DNA from: an uncultured Bacteroidota bacterium
GTDB lineage: Bacteria > Bacteroidota > Bacteroidia > Bacteroidales > UBA12481
Direction of reading: 5' to 3'
Assembly: GCA_942493265.1 (NCBI GenBank)
Contig: OW818688.1
Span: 2,121,467-2,185,466, forward strand
Length of the DNA: 64,000 nt
Shown here one piece after another: positions 43,424-52,589 of this stretch. Each line of letters opens with the position of its first letter. Position 1 is the stretch's first letter. A program made the position numbers and the translations under genes. The notes under the pieces are model-generated. The model had not been told where the DNA came from. It did not search any database and saw only the letters and a list, made by a program, of their open reading frames with translations.

Positions 43424-46400
43424 TTATTGCAGCACAACCGATTTCGACAGAACCTGTCCGTCGGAAATCAACCTGACGAAATAGTTTCCTTTCGGCAAGC
43501 TGGTAGCATCCATGTTAATGTTATGGATACCAGGCATACTGGAGTTTTTGATCGTGGAATAGAGCACCTGTCCATTGGTATCGATCATCTGGATCTCAAC
43601 ATCCTGTGTGCTTCCCAGAGCATAACTCAGCGTAAACTGTCCGCCGGTCGGATTCGGAAATGCATTCAGGAATTCAAAAGTTCCCGGGCGCATTCCGTTT
43701 CCCTGCTCGATCACCACAGCTGTGGAAACATCTGAGGATCCGCTTACGGCAATGGAGCCGCTGAACAGAATATTGCCGTCTTTATCGAACAGTGTGCAGC
43801 CGAGTTTCGGAACCTTGCTGGTGAATACCAGGTGGAATGCACCAAGCGGATCGCGGGAACTTTTAGCCTTGCTCAGTTCGAAGAAAGCGTTGTATGATCC
43901 CATATAGGTATTATCGCAAACGGCCAGTTCCTTGGGATAATCATCGCCGGCCTGTCCGGTTGCCGAGATCGCAAAGAAGTGCGGACCATCGGGGGATACT
44001 TCCCCTTCATCAAATAATCCGAATGATACATACTTGATACTGTCATCGAGCGGGGTTTCCAATACCGGACTGATACTGATGGCGATCAGCTTATCGGTGA
44101 TCGGGAGTTCGTCCAGACTGATATCGGTACCGTCGAGCTGCTTGGTATTCCATTTGTAATCGAAGCAGCATTTGGTTCCGTCGCACTTAACCACGCAGAT
44201 CGTGATGATTCCGCTGTAGTTGGTTGCTACCAGGTTGAATTTCACCGTATTGATGGCTGCCGGGAACAGATTGCCTGTGGTTGGTATCCGTGAGGAGGTC
44301 CAGGGCTGTCCGGAAGTTACTCCGTCAACGATCAGTGATCCCGTTGTAAAGCTACCTGCCGGTGATGGCATGATTTCTACAGAACAGATCGGACTGGTTG
44401 GATCGAGGTTGGTGATATTGAATGTACCAACCAAAGTTTTCCAGAACGGCCATTTCGATTTTAATTTAAAATCAACCAGAGCGCAGCATTCTTCCTTCAC
44501 TACGCAATCCATCTTGATACTCTTGGTACACTCGGTACCATCGGCAAAGTAAATTACATAGTCAACAGAAACACCGGGTTGCATGGCATCAACACAAAGA
44601 GTCATGTCGATAGCACAGTTATTTGCCGGGAACAGGAATGAGCTCTGACCGGGGTAACCGGCAGGCAGGGCGCCGCAATTCCAGCTGGCGGATCCGATGG
44701 TTCCGTTGTGGACGTTAACCGCTATGGCTTTAACCTCGCATTTTGAAACGATCCGTGCACAGCAGTCTGCATCCTGAACCTTTTCTAACCTGACATCTTC
44801 ACAGCAATTTGTGGCAACACAGTCGAGCTGGAATGATTTATCACAAACCTGTCCGTTGGCGAAGTTGATGATGAACATTACTGATACGCCTGCTGCGGTG
44901 GCACCAAAGCAGAGATTCATGTCCAGCGCGCAGTTGTTGGCCGGGAAGGTATAGTCGTTATGACCGGCATAACCGGCCGGGAGGGTTCCGCAATTCCAGG
45001 CTGCCGTGGAGATGGTGCCGTTGGTTACCTGTACCTGGATGGATTTCACCTCACAGGTGGTGGTAATATTCAAACAGCAATCGGCTCCCTGAACTTTCGT
45101 AATCTTCACACTGTCGCAGCAGTTGACCACATTTTTAACAGTCAGGCACACCGGTGCTGCTGCTATTGGCGTGAGTGCAACCAGCTGGGGAGTTCCGTTC
45201 AGCAGGAAGCTCGCGGCGGACACAGCTGCAAAGTCGTTGCACACCGTTTGGGCAACTGTTGTTCCCACCGGAATGCCCACGTTAAAGGACTCCAGCACGG
45301 TTTTATTCGGAACGAGCAGGAATGCCCCGTAGCGCATTCTCACGTTCCGGGTAAGCGGTGCAGCCCATGAAGTGGTGGTACACAGCGTGTTGATTCCCCA
45401 TGCCGGCAGGCAGATATTGGCACCCGGAGCGAAGTCGATCGTTGGGGGTGTTGCTGCAGATACGGGCAAGAGCGATGTGGTGTGCGCGGCACCATAAGTG
45501 ATATCGAACTGACTTCCACGGGCAAGGCTTCGGTTCAGAACCATCCAGTCGTTGGTACCATCGTTGCGGCCGAGCAGGTCGACAAGCGCAACATTGGTAA
45601 CCGGAACGTTCGACATGTTCTTGTATTTCAGCTGATAACGGGCAGTTCCTCCCGGAGCAACCAATCCTGAAGTTGAATAGGTGGTTCCACCATCGGTACT
45701 GACGAGCTTCTCAGCTTCCTGTCCGAATGAGGCCACAACCAATACGTTAACGGTATTGGAGGTGTAGGTGGACGGAACATTGCCGCCGGAAACCGTATAA
45801 TTGTTGGGGGTAACACCGGGCAAAGCCGTGTTGCTGACCACTACATCAAATTCGATGTAATAGTAAGGCAGTGTCCAGGTTCCGTAATACCCGCAGTATC
45901 CGACATAAAACAGCTGACAATCGGCTGGTACCATTGGAAGGCTCCAGCTGAGGTTGTTGCCGCTGTGGCTTGTAGTTACTCCGGACCAGGCTGTGGTGAA
46001 AGGAGGTATGGCACTACCGGTGGTACACGGCGGACTGTAGGTATTCGCAACGAAATAGCTTTCGTTTCCGAGATAGGTGAAGTTGCTGTGCAGCACATCA
46101 TTAATGGAAGCCCCCGTCATATTGGCACTTCCGATATTCTGAACACGTACACGGAAACGTATCGTATCGCCGGGTGAGTAATTTGTTTGAGGTGCGCATA
46201 TATCTTTCAGCAAACACGGCTGAGGCTGTCCCTGCTGAACCGTAAAGGTTGCACAGGTTTGCGGCAGAGTGAGTGAATTGGATAAAGGCACAAATGTGGC
46301 GCAATTGGTGACAACTGTACCTGTGGGATTTGGATCGACCGTGAAGTAAACCATCATATACACGCAGCTTCCAACAGGTAATGAACCGGTCATCTGCAAC

Positions 46401-47635
46401 AAGAGGTTGTTTACCGGGAATCCAATTGGATTGGCGCTTGTGTAGGTTGTATTTGTATTGGTTGCCAATACGTTGACTCCACTGTTGGCACTGAGGCTGA
46501 TGGTGGTGGTGGCTGATGCACCGAACACCTGAACATAATCAACCGTGATACCTGATGGGATAACATCGCTGATGTTGAATGCAGTAAGCGGAACGTTGCC
46601 GTTATTGCATAATACAATCTGATAATATCCCTGGCAACCCGGAACCCGGTTGGTTAAGGCCAGATATTTGCTAAAATAGGCACCCGGATTGGGGATGATC
46701 TGTCCTACCTCAACGCAGGTTTGATTACTGGTATGCGTCACAGGCAGCTGACAGGTGGTTCCCGTAAGGGTGCCCTGATTCTGCATGGTGGAGCCGTTGG
46801 GGAATGAGGCTGCAGGATATTTTATCTGAATATCACAATAGTAATAAGCCCATGGAATCGCGGCATTCAGTGCGCCAACATTCCATGTTATTGTGCTTCC
46901 GGTGACAATTGCACCACAGGTACTGCCTATGAATACGGCTCCGGCTGGGAGGACATCGGTGACTACGCCGCCGCTGACATTTTGCTGTCCGACCACGTTG
47001 CCCCAATAGGGATTGGCTTTCATAACCGAAAGCCGGTAAGTTACTGTGCCATCCAATGGCATCAGATAGCCGCAGCTGCCTCCGTTCGGATTGACTGCCG
47101 CGCCGGATACAATTGATTTTCCGATAATCCACGGATCAACAGCTGTTGCCGTGGTGGAAACAAATTCGGTGTACTCGTATTTTCCGGCCACTTGAATTCC
47201 AACCCTGTTGCGGGCCCCGGTACCATTGCAGGTAACCCCTTCCGGGAATTTAACCACAATGGTAAATGATCCGGATGGCGTACAGGTTGGTGGAAGTCCG
47301 GCCAGATTGTATGTAACGGTATTGCCGGCAACTGTAACAACCGGCATGATTCCGCACACTGCACTCAGCGGAGCAATGGATACTACCGCCAGTGAGGGCG
47401 GTACGAGATCCTGAATGTTAATGGCAGGAGTTCCTGCCGGGGCCGAAAAGATAATGGTGTAACTAAAGTTAACACCACTGGCGATAGTGGTGTTGCTCAC
47501 CACTTTTTTAACAAAGAAGCCACTCCCGCCCCAGGAGACTTCGTTGGTCGGGTTTTGAGCCTTTACCGTAAATGCCATTAATCCAAGCGCCAGGAGCAGG
47601 ATCATGCGTTTACCGGAGAGTAGAAATCTCTTCAT
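43424..47635 (-). CDS. Large T9SS-sorted surface protein (DUF11-like repeats, two Cys-rich ~105-aa repeats, type A C-terminal sorting domain)
   Basis: 1403 aa with a signal peptide (MILLLALGLMAFTVKAQ). There are several DUF11-like segments (e.g. GDTIRFRVRVQNIGSANMTGASINDVL). The C-terminus (FPNPTGGQFTLSY...LPKGNYFVRLISDGQVLSKSVVLQ) is T9SS CTD-like. Confidence 0.85.
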   Translation of the reverse strand: MKRFLLSGKRMILLLALGLMAFTVKAQNPTNEVSWGGSGFFVKKVVSNTTIASGVNFSYTIIFSAPAGTPAINIQDLVPPSLAVVSIAPLSAVCGIMPVVTVAGNTVTYNLAGLPPTCTPSGSFTIVVKFPEGVTCNGTGARNRVGIQVAGKYEYTEFVSTTATAVDPWIIGKSIVSGAAVNPNGGSCGYLMPLDGTVTYRLSVMKANPYWGNVVGQQNVSGGVVTDVLPAGAVFIGSTCGAIVTGSTITWNVGALNAAIPWAYYYCDIQIKYPAASFPNGSTMQNQGTLTGTTCQLPVTHTSNQTCVEVGQIIPNPGAYFSKYLALTNRVPGCQGYYQIVLCNNGNVPLTAFNISDVIPSGITVDYVQVFGASATTTISLSANSGVNVLATNTNTTYTSANPIGFPVNNLLLQMTGSLPVGSCVYMMVYFTVDPNPTGTVVTNCATFVPLSNSLTLPQTCATFTVQQGQPQPCLLKDICAPQTNYSPGDTIRFRVRVQNIGSANMTGASINDVLHSNFTYLGNESYFVANTYSPPCTTGSAIPPFTTAWSGVTTSHSGNNLSWSLPMVPADCQLFYVGYCGYYGTWTLPYYYIEFDVVVSNTALPGVTPNNYTVSGGNVPSTYTSNTVNVLVVASFGQEAEKLVSTDGGTTYSTSGLVAPGGTARYQLKYKNMSNVPVTNVALVDLLGRNDGTNDWMVLNRSLARGSQFDITYGAAHTTSLLPVSAATPPTIDFAPGANICLPAWGINTLCTTTSWAAPLTRNVRMRYGAFLLVPNKTVLESFNVGIPVGTTVAQTVCNDFAAVSAASFLLNGTPQLVALTPIAAAPVCLTVKNVVNCCDSVKITKVQGADCCLNITTTCEVKSIQVQVTNGTISTAAWNCGTLPAGYAGHNDYTFPANNCALDMNLCFGATAAGVSVMFIINFANGQVCDKSFQLDCVATNCCEDVRLEKVQDADCCARIVSKCEVKAIAVNVHNGTIGSASWNCGALPAGYPGQSSFLFPANNCAIDMTLCVDAMQPGVSVDYVIYFADGTECTKSIKMDCVVKEECCALVDFKLKSKWPFWKTLVGTFNITNLDPTSPICSVEIMPSPAGSFTTGSLIVDGVTSGQPWTSSRIPTTGNLFPAAINTVKFNLVATNYSGIITICVVKCDGTKCCFDYKWNTKQLDGTDISLDELPITDKLIAISISPVLETPLDDSIKYVSFGLFDEGEVSPDGPHFFAISATGQAGDDYPKELAVCDNTYMGSYNAFFELSKAKSSRDPLGAFHLVFTSKVPKLGCTLFDKDGNILFSGSIAVSGSSDVSTAVVIEQGNGMRPGTFEFLNAFPNPTGGQFTLSYALGSTQDVEIQMIDTNGQVLYSTIKNSSMPGIHNINMDATSLPKGNYFVRLISDGQVLSKSVVLQ
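44483..45124 (-). repeat. Intragenic tandem duplication: two ~105-aa Cys-rich modules (10 Cys each)
   Basis: NCCDSVKITKVQGADCC...FQLDCVAT is followed by NCCEDVRLEKVQDADCC...IKMDCVVKEECC. The CC codon pairs lie at 45116, 44801 and 44483, giving spacings of 315 and 318 nt. Confidence 0.85.
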
Positions 47636-47843
47636 TTTTTTAAAATTTAATTGGGTTAGCTAACTTTTAATGAACAAGCCGGGTTACGAATTGTTTTGAC
47701 TTTCCTTATGAATTGCTATAATCTGTCAAAAAAAAATAATCCAAAACCGGAAAACGGCATACCGTCCACACCAAAAAGCCTGCACTTTACACGCTAAATC
47801 AAGCAGTCTGCACAATCCCGTTAATTTTTGCTGTACAAACCTG

Positions 47844-47851
47844 TAGATTTG
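47844..47851 (+). promoter_or_regulatory. Candidate -7 promoter box (TAGATTTG)
   Basis: TAnnTTTG match about 50 nt upstream of the histidine kinase start. Confidence 0.3.
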
Positions 47852-47901
47852 TTTAGGAGGTTGATTTTTATACCCGTTTATGGGTTAATCAGTCATAATT
47901 A

Positions 47902-49179
47902 ATGCAGGAAACTACAACAATGAATTTTTCACCGGCAAAAGCTGCAGATGAGCAGATTCAGCGACTATTCGATGTGAGCCGGAATCAGCAGGAATTGATG
48001 GCCAGCCTGTTGCAGGGATCGAAGATAATTTTGGAGAACTCCGATTTTTCTGTTTCCGTTAAAATGCTTTTCGAAAAATGTAAAAGCATGACCCGTTCAA
48101 CCGGAGGCTTTATCACGATAATCGGAACAGTACCAGCCAGTTCGAAAACAGGTAATGTTGACAAGGATTCAGGGGAAGTTATAGTTGCCGGCGATCTGCC
48201 CTTTCTTTTCAATGAACTGCGATCGCAGGCAATTGAAGGGAAATGTTCGGTTTTGGATAACGATATGCATGGAATTGATTCCAGGGTTAAGAATATTTTG
48301 GTCGTTCCGGTTACCCATGACCAGAAAGTTGTGGGAATATTGGCATTAGTGAACAAGCCCGAATCTTTTAATTCTGAAGATGTTGCTGTTGCTGAGGCAT
48401 TTGCTGAGCTGGTTGCGCTTGCATGGTTTAATGCCAAAAACCTGGAGGACCTGAAAATTGCCCGAATAAAAGCTGAGGAGAGTGATCGTTTAAAATCAGC
48501 CTTCCTGTCGAATATGTCTCACGAAATCCGCACCCCCTTAAATGGAATACTAGGATTTTCGGAATTGCTGGCAGAGCCCGGTCTCGACGAAAATGAACGG
48601 GAACAGTACATCAGGATCATGCATCAGAATGGTGAGCAGCTGATGGCTATCATCAATAATATTCTTGATATTTCACTGATTGAATCCGGCCAGATTGTTT
48701 TGTTTAATGAATGGGTGGATTTGAAATCCCTCATCAGCGAGGTGTATGAACTTTTCATGTCGCCCGGGTTGCGTAAGCCGGATGTGCAATATATTCTTAA
48801 TTGTGAATCTTGTATGGGGAGAAGGCTTTATACTGACGCCGGACGATTGCGTCAGATCCTGATCAACCTGTTTGGGAATGCAACCAAATTTACCCAGTCG
48901 GGACATGTTACCATGGGCTGCTGGCTCCGTGAGGGTGAGAATGGCGATGAGGCAGTTATTTCCGTAGAAGATACCGGCATCGGTATTTCAGCAGAAAAGC
49001 TTGATGCAATCTTTGAGAGGTTCCGTCAGGCCGACAGCAATACCACCCGGCATTTTGGAGGCACCGGACTGGGACTGGCCATTTCAAAAGGTCTCACCGA
49101 ATTGCTTGGCGGACATATCGAGGTGGTTTCCAGCCCGATGGAGGGTAGTACTTTCAGAGTGGTTTTTCCGCTGAAGTAG
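47902..49179 (+). CDS. GAF-domain sensor histidine kinase (HisKA + HATPase_c), no adjacent response regulator
   Basis: It has an H-box (SHEIRTPLNGILGFSELL), N-box (LINLFGNATKFT), G1 (VEDTGIGI) and G2 (GGTGLGLAISK). The N-terminal ~180 aa are GAF-like. Confidence 0.85.
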   Translation: MQETTTMNFSPAKAADEQIQRLFDVSRNQQELMASLLQGSKIILENSDFSVSVKMLFEKCKSMTRSTGGFITIIGTVPASSKTGNVDKDSGEVIVAGDLPFLFNELRSQAIEGKCSVLDNDMHGIDSRVKNILVVPVTHDQKVVGILALVNKPESFNSEDVAVAEAFAELVALAWFNAKNLEDLKIARIKAEESDRLKSAFLSNMSHEIRTPLNGILGFSELLAEPGLDENEREQYIRIMHQNGEQLMAIINNILDISLIESGQIVLFNEWVDLKSLISEVYELFMSPGLRKPDVQYILNCESCMGRRLYTDAGRLRQILINLFGNATKFTQSGHVTMGCWLREGENGDEAVISVEDTGIGISAEKLDAIFERFRQADSNTTRHFGGTGLGLAISKGLTELLGGHIEVVSSPMEGSTFRVVFPLK

Positions 49180-49206
49180 CAGCTTGGTAGATGAACCACC
49201 TGGCAG

Positions 49207-49640
49207 AACCCCGATGGGGGTGAAAGGATTATAGAAAGGCAACAAGAATCGCCTGTCTAAACCCCGATAGGGGTGACAGGATAATAGCGGCAAATGAACC
49301 CTGGAATATATTCCACCCCTAACGGGGTTAATGTTTCGATTCAATTCACCTGGCTATAATCATGTCAGCCCTACGGGCTTTAATTTCAGCACTGACTTCC
49401 CCTCGGAGAAGTGTCATCCACCACTGAACTTCCCTCGGAGAAGTGTCATCCCGGCGAAAGCCGGGACCGCGTTCCTTACCGCGAAATTCTCTACTTCCAC
49501 TTCTCAAAGGCCTCGGAGTAGCGTGACACGGTCCCGGCGAAAGCCGGGATGACACCTCTCCGATGGTCACTCGGTGGTAGCTGACACTTCTCCGATGGTC
49601 ACTTTGTGGTAGATGACACTTTTCCGAGGGTCCCTTGGTT
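49207..49640. repeat. Composite repeat cluster: family B elements (49207-49381), then forward and reverse family A units (49398-49640)
   Basis: Elements seen are AACCCCGATGGGGGTGAAAGGATTATAG, AACCCCGATAGGGGTGACAGGATAATAGC and CCACCCCTAACGGGGTT...CAGCCCTACGGGCTTT. These are followed by 2 forward CCCTCGGAGAAGTGTCATCC units and 3 reverse GATGACAC(T/C)T(C/T)TCCGA units around GTCCCGGCGAAAGCCGGGA hairpins. Confidence 0.85.
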
Positions 49641-49699
49641 ACTAACTTATTACTTAATTCTTTTTACTAATTTTTGCCTTCTGCCTTCTGCCCTCTGCC

Positions 49700-51937
49700 T
49701 TACTTTTTAACGCTCCATCCTGTTTTAAGCCCAAATACAAACCAGGCCAGCAAAATAGCTCCGATCGAGAAGAGTGTATCTCCAAAGATCCTCATCCAAC
49801 GGAAGGTGGCAATCAAAGGCGTGTCAAGAAATTCGGCTGAGCGGGCATACCAGAGGCCATGCTTGACCGATGCAACGGTTTGTGCCAGACCTACCGGCAA
49901 AACACTGATCAGTACCATGGCGAGCAACCCGATATTGATCAGCCAGAACGACCATTTCAGGGCGCCTTCTTTCCAGACAACCTTCAGGTCCATCTCGCGT
50001 AATACAAATAGCATCAGTCCGATACCCAGCATTCCATATACCCCGAAAAGTGCTGTATGTCCGTGTACCGGAGTCGTGTTGAGTCCCTGCATATAATACA
50101 GCGCAATGGGAGGATTGATGAGGAATCCGAAAATTCCTGCACCCACAAGATTCCAAAAGGCTACTGCAATGAAGGAATAGATTGGCCATCGGTAAATCTT
50201 AATCCAATCGGATGATCGGCTCAATTTAAGATTGTGCCACGCTTCGAATCCTATAAATACCAATGGTACAACTTCCAGCGCACTGAAAGTGGCTCCCAGG
50301 GCAAGCACTCCGGTGGGGGTGCCGGTAAAATAGAGATGGTGGAAGGTTCCGAGAATCCCCCCGGTCAGGAAGATAATCGTGGAAACCAATACCGAGGTAG
50401 TTGCAGTTTTCGGCCTTACAAGCTGCATCCTCACGAAAAGAAAAGCAACGATCACCGTGGCAAATACTTCAAAAAATCCTTCTACCCAAAGATGAACCAC
50501 CCACCAGCGCCAGTATTCAGCCATGGCCAGGTTGGTTTGACGACCCCACATCAGACCGGCACCGTAAAATGCAGCGATGGCCAGTGAGGCTATAGCAAAC
50601 ATGATCAGCATGCTCCTGCTCTCGGTTTTCTTTTTTAATGCAGGAATGATGGCACGGGTGATCAGGAACAGCCAGATGAACAGACCGGCGAACAGGAAAA
50701 TTTGCCAGAAACGGCCCAGATCGACATACTCATATCCCTGATGTCCGAACCAAAAGTTCTGAACCAGGTTGAGCTTTTGCATGATGGCGAAAAACTGGCC
50801 GGCAAGTGACCCAACCACAATGACCAGCAAGGAACCAAACAGGAGGTTAACGCCAAGTTTTTGATATTTGGGTTCATGACCCGAAATGATTGGCGCATAA
50901 AACAACCCCGTTGCCAGCCATGAAGTCGCTATCCAGAAAATTGCCAGCTGAACATGCCAGGTACGGGAAAGCGAGTAGGGCAGGAATTCCGATAATGGAA
51001 GTCCGTAAAATGCCTGTCCCTCAACAGTATAATGGGCCGTTATCACACCCAGCAATACCTGGACGAGTATAAGTGCGGTTACAATCCAGAAATATTTCAG
51101 GGTAGCCTTCATGGAAGGAGTCATGATGGTACCAATGGTTGGATTCTTATCGGGAATGAATTCCAGGGTTTCCTCTTTTCGGGAAGCATGATACCAGGCA
51201 AGCAGACCGATACCGGCAAGCAATATGATTACGCTGAACCCGGTCCAGAAAATCAGGGATGGGGCGGGCACATTGTCGATGAGCTTTTCAGGCGGCCAGT
51301 TGTTGGAATAGGTAATATCCTGTCCCGGACGATTGGTGGATGTTGCCCAGGTTGCCCAGAAGAAGAACGTATTCATCAGGGCCATCCGGTCAGCATCCCT
51401 GATGGTGTTGTCCATCATGGCATAAGCATCCCTGAGTTCGGTCATGGCCGGATCATTCATGAATAATGAGGCATAATAGGCACTGTTCGCCCTGAATGCT
51501 TTTGCACGGATCTCCGAAACTACGAGGGTGCCGGTCTTTTTATCATAGGTGTTGGCGCGGATCTCGGCTTTGAGCCTGGCCTGCAAAGCTGCCTGCTGCT
51601 CCAATCCAATCGCCTCATAGTTGGCGGCACCCGATTCCTGAGCCCAGGTATTTAATATATACATGGCCTCGCGGTGCAGATAGTCGGCGGTCCAGTCGGG
51701 TGCCTGGTAGGATCCGTGTCCCCAAATGGTGCCAAGTTCCTGTCCGCCCGTCGATTGCCAAACATTTTGGCCATCGCGGATCTGCGCTCCGGTAAACAGA
51801 ACCTCCCCGGAAACGGTAACCACCTTTTCCGGAATCGGCGGGCCCTGCCGGTAAATCTCGCGCCCGAAATAGAGCAGTACTGCAAAGGATAGGACCACTA
51901 TTGTTGTAAATCCAATCCAGAGTGAACGTGTTTTCAT
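49700..51937 (-). CDS. Quinol-dependent nitric oxide reductase, single large subunit (qNOR, NorZ/NorB-type)
   Basis: 745 aa. It has an N-terminal TM helix plus a ~200-aa periplasmic extension, followed by a 12-TM heme-copper-oxidase-like core with HLWVEGFFEVF and multiple conserved His. Confidence 0.9.
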   Translation of the reverse strand: MKTRSLWIGFTTIVVLSFAVLLYFGREIYRQGPPIPEKVVTVSGEVLFTGAQIRDGQNVWQSTGGQELGTIWGHGSYQAPDWTADYLHREAMYILNTWAQESGAANYEAIGLEQQAALQARLKAEIRANTYDKKTGTLVVSEIRAKAFRANSAYYASLFMNDPAMTELRDAYAMMDNTIRDADRMALMNTFFFWATWATSTNRPGQDITYSNNWPPEKLIDNVPAPSLIFWTGFSVIILLAGIGLLAWYHASRKEETLEFIPDKNPTIGTIMTPSMKATLKYFWIVTALILVQVLLGVITAHYTVEGQAFYGLPLSEFLPYSLSRTWHVQLAIFWIATSWLATGLFYAPIISGHEPKYQKLGVNLLFGSLLVIVVGSLAGQFFAIMQKLNLVQNFWFGHQGYEYVDLGRFWQIFLFAGLFIWLFLITRAIIPALKKKTESRSMLIMFAIASLAIAAFYGAGLMWGRQTNLAMAEYWRWWVVHLWVEGFFEVFATVIVAFLFVRMQLVRPKTATTSVLVSTIIFLTGGILGTFHHLYFTGTPTGVLALGATFSALEVVPLVFIGFEAWHNLKLSRSSDWIKIYRWPIYSFIAVAFWNLVGAGIFGFLINPPIALYYMQGLNTTPVHGHTALFGVYGMLGIGLMLFVLREMDLKVVWKEGALKWSFWLINIGLLAMVLISVLPVGLAQTVASVKHGLWYARSAEFLDTPLIATFRWMRIFGDTLFSIGAILLAWFVFGLKTGWSVKK

Positions 51938-52005
51938 ATGATCAGTTTTTCATTGTTGATTAAACAAAGAAAGTAAATTATTAATAAAATACCAAAAGGT
52001 CTTTA

Positions 52006-52013
52006 TATCTTTG
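52006..52013 (+). promoter_or_regulatory. Candidate -7 promoter box (TATCTTTG) for the Rrf2 regulator gene
   Basis: TAnnTTTG match 59 nt upstream of the ATG at 52072. Confidence 0.3.
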
Positions 52014-52071
52014 ATAATTATTGTGAATGAGAAGAATGTTAATCAGGAATGCTATTTTTACGACATAAACT

Positions 52072-52512
52072 ATGAAAAATATGTGGTCAAAAACCACCGA
52101 ATATGCAATACGGGCATTGGTTCAAATTGCGGTAAGCAATAAGGATGGCCGTCGGCCGGGATTTCGGGAGATTGCCGAATCCATTGATGCGCCGGTTCAG
52201 TTCACTGCAAAAATTCTTCAGATTTTATCCAGGGCGGCACTGGTTAATTCAGTGCGGGGCAGGGGAGGCGGGTTCTTTTTTGATCCCAAAACCCCGGAAC
52301 TCAAACTTGCGGAGGTGATCCGCGTACTGGAAGGGGATAAATATTTTACCGGATGCATGGTGGGATTGCCGAACTGCGATCATAACCATCCCTGTCCGCT
52401 GCATGACGAGTTCGCAAAAATCCGCGCCGATCTCGTTCGTTTGGCCGACCAGGAAACCATTCAGGGTTTGGCGAAGAAAACGGTCGAAGGGGGGGGGATT
52501 CTGAAAAGATAA
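52072..52512 (+). CDS. Rrf2 family transcriptional regulator with three-Cys cluster motif (NsrR/IscR-like)
   Basis: 146 aa with an Rrf2 wHTH (TEYAIRALVQIA...FREIAESIDAPVQFTAKILQIL) and C-x6-C-x5-C (GCMVGLPNCDHNHPC). It is divergent from the qNOR gene. Confidence 0.85.
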   Translation: MKNMWSKTTEYAIRALVQIAVSNKDGRRPGFREIAESIDAPVQFTAKILQILSRAALVNSVRGRGGGFFFDPKTPELKLAEVIRVLEGDKYFTGCMVGLPNCDHNHPCPLHDEFAKIRADLVRLADQETIQGLAKKTVEGGGILKR

Positions 52513-52520
52513 AAGAAAAT

Positions 52521-52589
52521 TTGCTAATGAGTTAATTTGCTAATATGCTATGAGGCCTTATAGCACATTAGCAAATTAACTCATTAACA
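52521..52589. terminator. Long (27 bp, 1 mismatch) AT-rich hairpin forming a bidirectional terminator between the convergent rrf2 and nfo genes
   Basis: The left arm is TTGCTAATGAGTTAATTTGCTAATATGCTAT, the loop is GAGGCCTT and the right arm is ATAGCACATTAGCAAATTAACTCATTAACA. A T8 run follows on the plus strand, and an A-rich run precedes it. The right arm overlaps the nfo stop codon. Confidence 0.7.

Noticed and set aside
49331-49570. Repeat-derived ORFs with VIPAKAGT, SEKCHP, MTLLRG or KNVKNVKNV peptides. They are 49331..49552, 49346..49570, 27273..27593, 57136..57465, 57299..57556, 36637..36831, 36765..36947, 39892..40083 and 22605..22793
   Set aside because: They are translations of the hairpin and 9-bp repeat families in arbitrary frames. 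The same peptides recur wherever the DNA repeat recurs, regardless of context.
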